Below are positions 30,907 to 39,827 of a stretch of 64,000 nucleotides of DNA, in pieces. The DNA lies in IMG/VR virus record IMGVR_UViG_3300044644_000945, positions 1 through 64,000 of that record, one strand, 5' to 3'. Source of the stretch: a virus. The notes beneath the pieces are model-generated. The model was not told the origin of the DNA. It ran no database searches and saw nothing but the letters and a program-made list of their open reading frames with translations. The translations under genes were made by a program, and so were the position numbers. The stretch's first letter is position 1. Each line of letters opens with the position of its first letter.

Positions 30907-31233
30907 ATGGAAAACACAGAACCTAAATTAGATCCTAACTTCAAGTTTAAAGTTTTAAAAAGTGATGCATTAACTACTATCAAAATTAGTACTGCTTTTT
31001 ATTTAAATATTAAAGAAGCACTTTATTTTTTAGTAAAAGATAAATCTAAAAAAGAAGTAGATGATGCAATTAAACAAATCAATGAACAAAAAATCACTGA
31101 AGAATGGGTATATCACTATAAAACTTTATTTATTCTTTCTGCTGAAATTGAAAAGAAAGCAGATGAAGCTGGTGATATGGAAGAAAAAACTAAAGAAGAA
31201 GTTGAAGAATATCTTAAAAAGTTTGCTGGTTAA
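30907..31233 (+). CDS. Hypothetical helical protein on opposite strand to replication block
   Basis: ATG at 30907 after own promoter; fills gap between minus genes. Confidence 0.6.
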   Translation: MENTEPKLDPNFKFKVLKSDALTTIKISTAFYLNIKEALYFLVKDKSKKEVDDAIKQINEQKITEEWVYHYKTLFILSAEIEKKADEAGDMEEKTKEEVEEYLKKFAG

Positions 31234-31607
31234 AAATAATAACCTATTATAGCACCAAGCTCTACACAATTTTGTATAGCATCAGATAACTCTTTTTTAT
31301 TACAATCAGCAAAACTCTTATACTCTTTAGAAGCAGGATCATAAAGTCCTGCTTTTTCTTTTACAATCTCTTTCATTTCTTCAAATGTATGTCCTGTTTC
31401 TCTAGCCAATTCTCTTATACATGCATGTACTTTAGCTAATTGTCCAGAGGTTTTGTCATCTTCATCAACTATTTTAGTGATATATACTTCAACAATTTCT
31501 TCTTCAGCTAAATCTTTTTCAAATTGAAAGTATTTTGCTGCATCTTCACTTGTTAATAGTTTTAATTTACCACCATGTTTACCAAATCTAACTGTTATAT
31601 TTTGCAT
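31230..31607 (-). CDS. NinB/Orf-like recombination accessory protein
   Basis: Q...H..IRELA..TG.T.EEMK...KSFAD....ELS pattern. Confidence 0.5.
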   Translation of the reverse strand: MQNITVRFGKHGGKLKLLTSEDAAKYFQFEKDLAEEEIVEVYITKIVDEDDKTSGQLAKVHACIRELARETGHTFEEMKEIVKEKAGLYDPASKEYKSFADCNKKELSDAIQNCVELGAIIGYYF

Positions 31608-32697
31608 CTTGCCAGGTTATTTTTGATTGATCTAAATCACTTAATGCACTGATTACCCATTCTGTATCTACAGTATCTGCATATGCAAGAATATGTATTA
31701 CAGATTGTTCTTCAGGACTTAATCTAAGTAATCTACCAATGCGTTGGTTACTTTTTCTCTCATTACTGTATGCATGAAGTATGATACCATACTTTAAATT
31801 TGGAATATTTACACCTTCATTAAGTTGCTGCACTGCAGATAGACATTTAAATACTCCTTGTTTAAATGCTTCAAGGTTATCTTCACTATTTGGATTTTTA
31901 CTATGATAGCTGTTTTTACATACTCTATCAGCCTGATCAGTATTATTACAAAAGATTATACACTTATCATCTACATTCTTGAGTAAGACGTTTTTAGCAT
32001 AGTTTTCTTTTGTTTTATACTGCATTAAACCTTGCATGCGCATAATACGCATCTTCTGTTTATTACCTAAAGAGAATGTTTTCTCTATCTGATTAGTCCA
32101 ATATGCATAATGTTCTCTTTCAGAAGTCACAAAGCCACCAGTTTTTGTAGCAACTTTATGTGTCCTGTAATTGTTAAGAGGTAACAGGTGCACTATTATT
32201 CTATAGTCATTAAGAATCTTATCATCAACAGCATCATCTGTAATGTACTCATATACTATAGGACAAAATCTATCTACCATAATACCTTTTTCTGATGTAG
32301 CATGGCGTGGTGGTGTACCAGAAAGTCCTAGTATGTCACCATGGTAAAACAATAAGTAGTTCTCATGTGTATACAACAAGTTATGACACTCATCAAGGTA
32401 TATACAATCATATTCTACATGCTGTTTTGTAATAGATAAATAAGTTGTAAAAGTTACATGCTCTAGTAAATGTTCAAGTTTAAACTTTGCAGCTTCTTCT
32501 TTCCAAGATGTAAATATAGAAAGTTTAGGAGCTACTACTAGAAATTTGCGATCACCATTGAGATATCTTTCTTGCATATGGCGTAAGCCAATGAGAGTTT
32601 TACCAACTCCCATGCTTACACCTAGACTACATCTAGTCTTGTTTTTTGTTGATTGTAGAGCTAGGTTTTGTATTTCTTCTCTCTTTGACTGCTCCAT
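31588..32697 (-). CDS. Superfamily 2 DNA helicase
   Basis: MGVGKT, DECH, LSGTP, EGVNIP, QRIGRLLR. Confidence 0.88.
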   Translation of the reverse strand: MEQSKREEIQNLALQSTKNKTRCSLGVSMGVGKTLIGLRHMQERYLNGDRKFLVVAPKLSIFTSWKEEAAKFKLEHLLEHVTFTTYLSITKQHVEYDCIYLDECHNLLYTHENYLLFYHGDILGLSGTPPRHATSEKGIMVDRFCPIVYEYITDDAVDDKILNDYRIIVHLLPLNNYRTHKVATKTGGFVTSEREHYAYWTNQIEKTFSLGNKQKMRIMRMQGLMQYKTKENYAKNVLLKNVDDKCIIFCNNTDQADRVCKNSYHSKNPNSEDNLEAFKQGVFKCLSAVQQLNEGVNIPNLKYGIILHAYSNERKSNQRIGRLLRLSPEEQSVIHILAYADTVDTEWVISALSDLDQSKITWQDAKYNS

Positions 32698-32959
32698 CTG
32701 TTTTCTTTTTATAAGATCTTTGTTTAGGCATTTCTACTTTAGTAGTTTCTTCTTCTTCTTTGAATTTTGCATCTATTTTAGCAAAATCATAGTCAATTTT
32801 ATCTACCCATCTAATACCTAATAACAATTTGTTACAAAATCTAATAAATAATGTTGGCTTTTTTTGCATCCACAGCATCAAGCCTTTACCTAATACTGCT
32901 TCTTCTTGTGTCTTTGTTCCTATTATCAGGAACCCAATAAACTTACTGTTACTGCTCAT
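32633..32959 (-). CDS. Hypothetical protein
   Basis: ORF in operon. Confidence 0.5.
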   Translation of the reverse strand: MSSNSKFIGFLIIGTKTQEEAVLGKGLMLWMQKKPTLFIRFCNKLLLGIRWVDKIDYDFAKIDAKFKEEEETTKVEMPKQRSYKKKTDGAVKERRNTKPSSTINKKQD

Positions 32960-33365
32960 TTTCTAATCTGTTAAGTGAAAAATTTAATTCTTTAGCTTCT
33001 TTAGGATGAAGCTCAATCCATGTATGGCAGGATCTACATACTGACAACCATGTAGGTTTGTCAAGATAATGTAATCCTCTGCCTTTTTTGTGATGTACAT
33101 CTGTACTTTGAAGTGTACAATCTTTTAACCTAGCTTGACATCCAGGATGTAAAGATAAGAAATCTTTTCTCATTATAAAATATAATTTATCAAGAGGATC
33201 CTGTTTATCTGCTTTAGGTTTTATTGGCTTTGGAAGTTTTTTTGGAAGTGGAGTTGAGTTATCCTTTAACCAACATTGTTTGCAATACTTATTGCCATTG
33301 TGGTTTTTCCATATAAGTTGTTCACTCTCACAACCATTGCAAATTTTCTTTTTTGCTTGTATCAT
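32949..33365 (-). CDS. HNH-like Zn-binding protein
   Basis: CxxC..CxxC; DVHHKKGR...VCRSCH. Confidence 0.65.
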   Translation of the reverse strand: MIQAKKKICNGCESEQLIWKNHNGNKYCKQCWLKDNSTPLPKKLPKPIKPKADKQDPLDKLYFIMRKDFLSLHPGCQARLKDCTLQSTDVHHKKGRGLHYLDKPTWLSVCRSCHTWIELHPKEAKELNFSLNRLENEQ

Positions 33366-34027
33366 AAAATTTTTATTGCATGTGGTAATAAGTAATCATT
33401 AAATATAGTCTCAAGTGTACCATCTAAAAGTATTCCTTCACCTTGATATTTTTCATGACCTTTTTTTAGATTTTTTAAAGAAAAGTTTTCTCTTTTATAA
33501 TGTAACAGGTTAAAAACATCATCTGAAAATACAGGATTAGGTAAAGGATTTGCTACATGTGCACCAGCTAAATAATTTATTTCACTTATGCTTTTATTTT
33601 TAAACATCACTAATTTGCTGTAACCTTCTGAAGGAGCACCATATGTTAATTGTTCAATTGGTAAATCATCATGTGTAACATCAATCATGTTATAACCTTG
33701 TGTTTTAATAACATTTACATCTTCTTGTAAACTTAGTAAATCAGTCATTGATATGTCAAGTAATTCATCAATATCACAAACAATAATCCAATCTGCATCA
33801 GAGTTTTTCCAAATGTTGTTCTTCCAATCTTTTAACAATTCTTCTGTATATACTGGAAAAATACCAATATTGCAACTAGCATCTTTACAAATTTGTATAC
33901 TGTTGTCTGTAGAACCATTGTCATAAACATTAATTGTACAATCAGAAAATCTATCTTGATAGTGTTTTAAATAAAAAGGAAGCATTAGTTCCTCATTTTT
34001 CATTATGCTAAATATTTCAACTTTCAT
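33362..34027 (-). CDS. GT2-like glycosyltransferase
   Basis: KNEE..LP...HY, YDNGSTD.S, WIIVCDIDE, LLHY. Confidence 0.8.
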   Translation of the reverse strand: MKVEIFSIMKNEELMLPFYLKHYQDRFSDCTINVYDNGSTDNSIQICKDASCNIGIFPVYTEELLKDWKNNIWKNSDADWIIVCDIDELLDISMTDLLSLQEDVNVIKTQGYNMIDVTHDDLPIEQLTYGAPSEGYSKLVMFKNKSISEINYLAGAHVANPLPNPVFSDDVFNLLHYKRENFSLKNLKKGHEKYQGEGILLDGTLETIFNDYLLPHAIKIL

Positions 34028-34613
34028 TTTTTTTAAATATCAATAGTGTATGTTTAAAGTAATCAATTTCTCCAAAAGAACAGTTTCTTATATCTTCTGT
34101 TAAATCTTTTTGATATACAAAATCTTTTTCTTCAAACAGTTTAATGACTTCATCATTGTTTTTACAATTTACATGTCCAATTCCCATTTGACCTACTATT
34201 GCCCAGGAAAGTATTAGATAACTATCACAAAGTTTAGTTATATTATCAACAAATGCATCTTGATATTTTTGTGGAATATGTTCACCTACTTCAAGTGATA
34301 TGACAATACCTTTTTTTGTTAAAGGTAAATCAAATGCAAGATTATGAGGTAGTATTTGAAAAGGTGTGTTTTTTACAGGACATTCTGGTTCAATACCTAT
34401 TAGATTTTTAAAATCATTGTCATGTAGTTTTTGTAAGTAGTAAGCATTACCACAACCAAAATCATAGATAATATGTTCTTTATGTTGTGATAAAAAGGTG
34501 ACAAACCATCTTGCTAAATCTGGAAAGTCTAGATGAACTGGCAATGCTGTTGTAAATGATGAATACCAATAACCAGTTTCATGAACTGTGTTTTCTATGA
34601 TATCATTATTCAT
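34017..34613 (-). CDS. Class I SAM-dependent methyltransferase
   Basis: YDFGCGNA, ISLEVGEHIP, GQ.G.GHVN. Confidence 0.82.
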   Translation of the reverse strand: MNNDIIENTVHETGYWYSSFTTALPVHLDFPDLARWFVTFLSQHKEHIIYDFGCGNAYYLQKLHDNDFKNLIGIEPECPVKNTPFQILPHNLAFDLPLTKKGIVISLEVGEHIPQKYQDAFVDNITKLCDSYLILSWAIVGQMGIGHVNCKNNDEVIKLFEEKDFVYQKDLTEDIRNCSFGEIDYFKHTLLIFKKNES

Positions 34614-34897
34614 TACTGCTCTAAATTGTCATAATCAATATAGTCATCATCAAAGATTTTATCTTCTGGAGCAACATCTAATAGATCTTCTATGTCTTCT
34701 TCTGTAAAGTCATCTTCTAAATCATCTTCTATGTCTTCACGTGCTGGACCATGTCTAAGCACACTGTGTATAAAAGGGTCATTAAATTCTTCACCATGGT
34801 TGTAAGCTAAAAGATTTTTTAGATCTTGATCAGTCATCTTTAGAAACTGTTCTATTGACATTTCAATACATTTACCATTTGGTAACTGATAGATCAT
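34613..34897 (-). CDS. Hypothetical protein with very acidic tail
   Basis: MIYQLPNGK...; D/E-rich C-terminus. Confidence 0.6.
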   Translation of the reverse strand: MIYQLPNGKCIEMSIEQFLKMTDQDLKNLLAYNHGEEFNDPFIHSVLRHGPAREDIEDDLEDDFTEEDIEDLLDVAPEDKIFDDDYIDYDNLEQ

Positions 34898-34993
34898 TTT
34901 GTTATAATTTATAAAATATGTACTAAAGTACTACATATTTTTCACTATAATCAGCAATGTATTGAGGTTACTAAAATATTTTACACTATAACG

Positions 34994-35371
34994 CTATAAG
35001 TTAGCTCCATTTGTAAAGTTTTCTATAAACTTATCAAACTCATAATGTAAACTTCTACCATAAGCACCATCCATTTCAAAGTTTGTAATGATTATTCTTT
35101 TTGACACTGTGTCTATAGTTATCAAAAGTTTAATATCATAGTACATTTGTGTACCTATTCCAAACCCTTTGTCAGAATTCCAAGATTCTGGTGGTACAAG
35201 TTTACAAAATAACATTCTTGCAAGATAATCAGGATCTTCCCACTTAACTTTTCTATTAAGCACATCATATACTATGTGAAGTATGTTATGTGCTAAGTCA
35301 TGTGTATATAAAAACACACTACCATAAGGACCTCTAATTTCTATTTGACCACTGTTGACGTTTGTTTCCAT
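34994..35371 (-). CDS. Hypothetical protein
   Basis: VFLYTH...DPDYLAR. Confidence 0.55.
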   Translation of the reverse strand: METNVNSGQIEIRGPYGSVFLYTHDLAHNILHIVYDVLNRKVKWEDPDYLARMLFCKLVPPESWNSDKGFGIGTQMYYDIKLLITIDTVSKRIIITNFEMDGAYGRSLHYEFDKFIENFTNGANL

Positions 35372-35547
35372 AAGCTACTTTTATTCCAAACTTAAACCAT
35401 AACAGCTTTAAATACAAAGAATAATTCCATGAAGAAAGAGTAGATTCTTTTTTTACAAATACGCCTGCTCCAAATTCCTTACTGTTGACTATTGCTATTA
35501 CTTGAACTTTCATATATTTTTGTGTTAATTTACAATATTACAAAAAA

Positions 35548-36114
35548 TTATTTATTATCTTTGTTTTCTTGTCTTTTTTCCATGTAAGTTTTAAAAATAT
35601 TTCCAAATCTACCTTGTACTGTACCATCAGCCATATTTAGCTCTGGATCTTTTTCAAGAGATATACAATCAATTAAGTCACCATCTTCATCTGCCATTTT
35701 ACCTTCTCTTTTGATAACATGTATATCCATAACAGAAGAGTCTTTAGTTTCAAATGTAGTCATAAGTACTTCAATCTTTGGAAGATCTTGCCAATCAACA
35801 GGAATACCTTCATCTTTATTACCTTTTCTTAACCATGCTTCTGAAGACCATGAATAACAAAGAGGTTCTAGATCATTCTTAAACATTTCATCAAATAACA
35901 TTGGAATTATTTCTGCAAAAGCTTCTTTGTTACCAACATTTTTTAATGCATCTCCAGGTATTGGCACTATAATAACAGTAAATTCTTTTTCTACTGTATT
36001 TTTTGCAAGAACATTTATCATAGGATCTACCCCACCATTTCTTGCTAAAGACATTGTCATGTTATGAATTACATCTGATTTAAATGCATCAATAAATTCT
36101 GAATCACTTTTCAT
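35548..36114 (-). CDS. Hypothetical protein
   Basis: 188 aa, SEAW motif. Confidence 0.55.
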   Translation of the reverse strand: MKSDSEFIDAFKSDVIHNMTMSLARNGGVDPMINVLAKNTVEKEFTVIIVPIPGDALKNVGNKEAFAEIIPMLFDEMFKNDLEPLCYSWSSEAWLRKGNKDEGIPVDWQDLPKIEVLMTTFETKDSSVMDIHVIKREGKMADEDGDLIDCISLEKDPELNMADGTVQGRFGNIFKTYMEKRQENKDNK

Positions 36115-36126
36115 ATTTTCTATTTT

Positions 36127-36609
36127 TTAAAATGGTAATGTGTCATCTTCTTCTTCAACTACTTCATACTCTTCAACTAGAATGTCTTCAGGTAAAACTG
36201 TTACTGGACCAGCTGTAACTGATAAATCATTTAACATCATGTTTTTTACATGTTCTGTAAGTTGAACACTTAACCAGTCTTTAGGTAATTCTACAGACGC
36301 TGCAGGCTCTACTTCAACCACATCAGTTAATTGTTCTATCCACCATGCAGCAGGCATTAAAGTCATTTTAGCAAATTTGTCTGGAGAATTAGTAGGACAC
36401 CATTTTAGTGTCTTACCTACTTTAGAAATAAAATAATTAACTCTAAAAGGTCTTTTGTCAGAGTAAGCAGCTAGTTTATCTCTTGTAGAACCAGATACTT
36501 GCATTCCTGCATCTTCCATTAGCCGATGAATTCTAATCATTTGACTAACATTGCCATCATATTGTAAGCCATAGTAATGACCAAATATTTTACTATAATC
36601 TTTTTTCAT
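36127..36609 (-). CDS. Hypothetical protein with DDTLPF tail
   Basis: SSB-like acidic C-terminal tip. Confidence 0.5.
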   Translation of the reverse strand: MKKDYSKIFGHYYGLQYDGNVSQMIRIHRLMEDAGMQVSGSTRDKLAAYSDKRPFRVNYFISKVGKTLKWCPTNSPDKFAKMTLMPAAWWIEQLTDVVEVEPAASVELPKDWLSVQLTEHVKNMMLNDLSVTAGPVTVLPEDILVEEYEVVEEEDDTLPF

Positions 36610-36611
36610 AG

Positions 36612-36815
36612 TTATTCTTCTTTAGGTTTTAATATTTGTAATTTGTCTTTAGATGCACCTAGTCTTAGGATTGTTATATCTCTAAGTCTAGCTGCTTCTC
36701 GTGGATCATCAGATAATCCACATTCATGTGTAACATTTTTATATGTAAAGGTAGCTCTGAATTTTTTATACCTTTTATTATAGTGTACACCTTGATACTC
36801 ATTTTTATTGTTCAT
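36612..36815 (-). CDS. Stand-alone AP2-like DNA-binding protein
   Basis: YQGVHY.K...FRA......G....EAA..RD. Confidence 0.6.
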   Translation of the reverse strand: MNNKNEYQGVHYNKRYKKFRATFTYKNVTHECGLSDDPREAARLRDITILRLGASKDKLQILKPKEE

Positions 36816-37530
36816 TTTCTTTTACTTTTAACTCTTCCTCCCATTCATTAGACAAGACATCTAACATGTTTTGAACTTTTTTAGCAAGTCCTTCCATGGT
36901 AAGATGTTTAAGATGAGTTTTAATTTCTTCTAACTCATCTATTATTTCTTGTTTACTTAATGTTTTTAGTTCTCTGAATTGTTTCATTAATGTATCCATT
37001 TCTTCATCTGAACATTCATGTATACCCATTGCATCTATAAAAGCTTGTGATGAACTATAGTTTTCTAAACAATTTTCATCATATAGATATTCTTCTATTA
37101 AAGCATCCATACCTCCCTCATCATATACATGTTGAGAATATGATTGGTCAAGTCTATCTATACATTCACCATTTTCCCATATACGCTTACCTGCAAAGTC
37201 CATCCCACTTTCTGCAAATGTTATTTCACATTTAACCTCATAGTGTTCTGATATCATTCTTATAAGTTCTTCAGGTGGTCCCCATGCACTATCACCAGAT
37301 ATCTGTAATGTTTCATCAGATATCATGGTGCAGTCAAATTCCCACCATCTAGTACCATAAAAAAGATATTCACTTCCATTGGTTGGTAAACCTTCTTTAT
37401 TAGGAAAGAAGCTGTTACCCCAGTCTACAAAATAATTATGATTTTCATAGTTATTAAATAGTACTTGTAGTTTTGCCAGTACATCTGGTTTACCTTCTAT
37501 TGTTACATTATTCCAACAATGATTTGCCAT
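36805..37530 (-). CDS. YubB/DUF1281-like ferredoxin-fold protein
   Basis: MANHC.N...I.G, YGTRW, SAWGPP, ESG.DF.G. Confidence 0.6.
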   Translation of the reverse strand: MANHCWNNVTIEGKPDVLAKLQVLFNNYENHNYFVDWGNSFFPNKEGLPTNGSEYLFYGTRWWEFDCTMISDETLQISGDSAWGPPEELIRMISEHYEVKCEITFAESGMDFAGKRIWENGECIDRLDQSYSQHVYDEGGMDALIEEYLYDENCLENYSSSQAFIDAMGIHECSDEEMDTLMKQFRELKTLSKQEIIDELEEIKTHLKHLTMEGLAKKVQNMLDVLSNEWEEELKVKENEQ

Positions 37531-37649
37531 ATACTTTTATTTTAAGATTTCTGCTATTATAATTGCTGCAGCAAATAGTATTACTATACCTATTGCAACT
37601 TTAAATAGTGTTTCTATCACAAAGTCTAATTCCTTTTTTTCTTGTGGTG

Positions 37650-37856
37650 TCATAGTTTCTCTAATTCTTGTTTAACTAGTTTATAATCCTCAATAATGTG
37701 TCTGTTTTGCCACTGATGTTCTTCTAATGCTTCAATTGTGTTATTAACATCTATCAAAGCACATTCTTTAGCTCTTATTAAACAGTCTTCTTGCCCCATC
37801 TTCCATCTAACATGGGGCATATAACTATCTATTAATTTTTGTGCTGTTATACCCAT
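37650..37856 (-). CDS. Hypothetical protein
   Basis: AKECALI.V...VKQELEKL. Confidence 0.55.
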   Translation of the reverse strand: MGITAQKLIDSYMPHVRWKMGQEDCLIRAKECALIDVNNTIEALEEHQWQNRHIIEDYKLVKQELEKL

Positions 37857-38452
37857 TTCTTTTTTAGAATTAAGTTGTAGTAATCTGTAGTTTCTTTTTT
37901 ACCTTCACTATGGCTAATCCAAGTGCATGGTGCTTTTTTTCTACATTGTGCAATTCTATCTGCTATTGGTGCAGATTTATCTGTTTCTCTTGTATAATAC
38001 AACCAGCTTTCCCAATAATGATCAGCATATGGTGCTACAAATGTTACAGCTATTTGCCATTTAAAGAATACAAAAGAAATCATGGGACTCCATTCATATC
38101 TGTATGAGTCCCATTTAGTCTTCCATCCTAATGATACAAAGTCAAATCCTATCTTTTTAGGTACTGCATGTAGATGTTTCATTTTTTCATCATACAATTC
38201 TCTAAATGGTTTTTCTCTTCTTGCATAGGTAGGATTATTTTTGTTCCATTGTCTTGTTTCTCTTATACCTTTAACAGCTGATTTTATAGCTAATGCAGGT
38301 GTTGCTTTAACCCATTTTCTAGGAAAGAAGTATGGTGTACCTAATGCAACCTTGCCACAGTAAAACTGTAACTTCAAAGGTTTGAATGGAGAGTTATATG
38401 CTCTTAAGAAATTAAGGTCATTTATGAAATACTTAATTTTATTTTTTATCAT
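37847..38452 (-). CDS. Hypothetical protein
   Basis: 201-aa ORF. Confidence 0.55.
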   Translation of the reverse strand: MIKNKIKYFINDLNFLRAYNSPFKPLKLQFYCGKVALGTPYFFPRKWVKATPALAIKSAVKGIRETRQWNKNNPTYARREKPFRELYDEKMKHLHAVPKKIGFDFVSLGWKTKWDSYRYEWSPMISFVFFKWQIAVTFVAPYADHYWESWLYYTRETDKSAPIADRIAQCRKKAPCTWISHSEGKKETTDYYNLILKKKWV

Positions 38453-38453
38453 A

Positions 38454-38834
38454 CTAATTTTTATGAAATTCTACATAATAACCTTTAGCAATAATCACTC
38501 TAAGACAGGTGTCATCTTCAAATAATTGAATAGCTACTCTATCTCCTGATTCATCTAAACATTCTATAATTTGATATGCGTCACCATTGGTTGTAACATC
38601 TTTGGTCATACCTACAATTTGATGGAATGTTCTTATATTTCCATTTGGATAATAGAATACAATATCTCTAACACCATTTGCATTAAATACAACAGTGATA
38701 TCTGCACTTTGCCATTCACCTTTAACATTATTGCTTACAGGAATTAATGATGTATATTTTTTAACAAATGTGTCTTGTGCAATGCACACAAAGCTGCTCA
38801 ATAATAGTAGAGCTGCTAATAATAGTTTTTTCAT
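38454..38834 (-). CDS. Secreted/periplasmic protein
   Basis: MKKLLLAALLLL..CIAQ Bacteroidetes-style signal peptide. Confidence 0.6.
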   Translation of the reverse strand: MKKLLLAALLLLSSFVCIAQDTFVKKYTSLIPVSNNVKGEWQSADITVVFNANGVRDIVFYYPNGNIRTFHQIVGMTKDVTTNGDAYQIIECLDESGDRVAIQLFEDDTCLRVIIAKGYYVEFHKN

Positions 38835-39048
38835 TTTTTTACAGGTTTAGGATTACACGTATGACCATCACTCCATTTAATTCCTGGAGGTGGTGTTGTT
38901 TCTGGTGAGCTGTATATTGTACCACACTCATTACATACAAATTTGTTCATTAGCTTATTTCTTCTTAAATATAAGGTATAAACCTATTATAAATCCAGCT
39001 ATTACAAAACTAGCTGCTATTATTCCAACTATAAAATGTATCATAATG

Positions 39049-39438
39049 TTATTTCTTTTTAAATTTGTTAAACAATTCTAACAATTCATGAAGATTGTAA
39101 TATCTTCTTGTAAGAGCTGTATGTTTATCTTCATTATAATAAAGACTGTTATACGTATTGCGTGCATAATACAAACCACGATTTTTATTACCATGATATA
39201 TACTAAAATGATTTTGTCTCCATTCAAGAAATTCTATAACATGTTTGTTTAAATCTTCCTCACTATACATTCTTTCTGATTGCCATTTAGCACCTTCAAT
39301 AAATGATTTTTCTGAATCATCTCTTATAGTTTGATTGCTGTGATTTTTAGCAGCATCTATAAGCGCTTGGTTTGGTTCAGCAGGATTTACTATACCATCA
39401 ATAAAGATTTCAATGTCTTGTTTAGGTTCTTGTTTCAT
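39049..39438 (-). CDS. Hypothetical protein
   Basis: FIEGAKWQSERMYSEED motif. Confidence 0.55.
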   Translation of the reverse strand: MKQEPKQDIEIFIDGIVNPAEPNQALIDAAKNHSNQTIRDDSEKSFIEGAKWQSERMYSEEDLNKHVIEFLEWRQNHFSIYHGNKNRGLYYARNTYNSLYYNEDKHTALTRRYYNLHELLELFNKFKKK

Positions 39439-39622
39439 AATAAAAATTTGGTGTATAATTAGTATTAGTTATTTCACTAACACTTGTTATTCTTTTTAAA
39501 ATTCTTTTTCCTTTTGTAAAGTTTCTAACAGCTTCCATAATATTGGTAGCTTCTACAATTTCTTCAAGGTCTGTGGCTTCATCATTACGTTCTGCCCAGT
39601 AACATACTAAATATTTTTTCAT
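39422..39622 (-). CDS. Hypothetical protein
   Basis: 66-aa ORF. Confidence 0.5.
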   Translation of the reverse strand: MKKYLVCYWAERNDEATDLEEIVEATNIMEAVRNFTKGKRILKRITSVSEITNTNYTPNFYYETRT

Positions 39623-39639
39623 TGTTTTTTTGTATTAAT

Positions 39640-39822
39640 AACACATGCTAACTCATACCAAGGAATTCAACCTTGAGTCTTACTACTTCTGTCTTGGTCA
39701 TTGTCCTCGTATCTTGCTAATACTAAAATATCATAGATATTGTTCTTAGTGTCGTTCCTGTCCTAGCGCGTTGCAGGCAAGCGATGTTTTAGCAACCTAA
39801 ACTATATGAGTCAGCATGTGTT
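39640..39822 (-). ncRNA. Candidate structured ncRNA with tRNA-like arms
   Basis: 18-bp terminal stem with a G-U pair on minus strand; D-arm-like and T-arm-like hairpins; no ORF. Confidence 0.5.
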
Positions 39823-39827
39823 TAATT

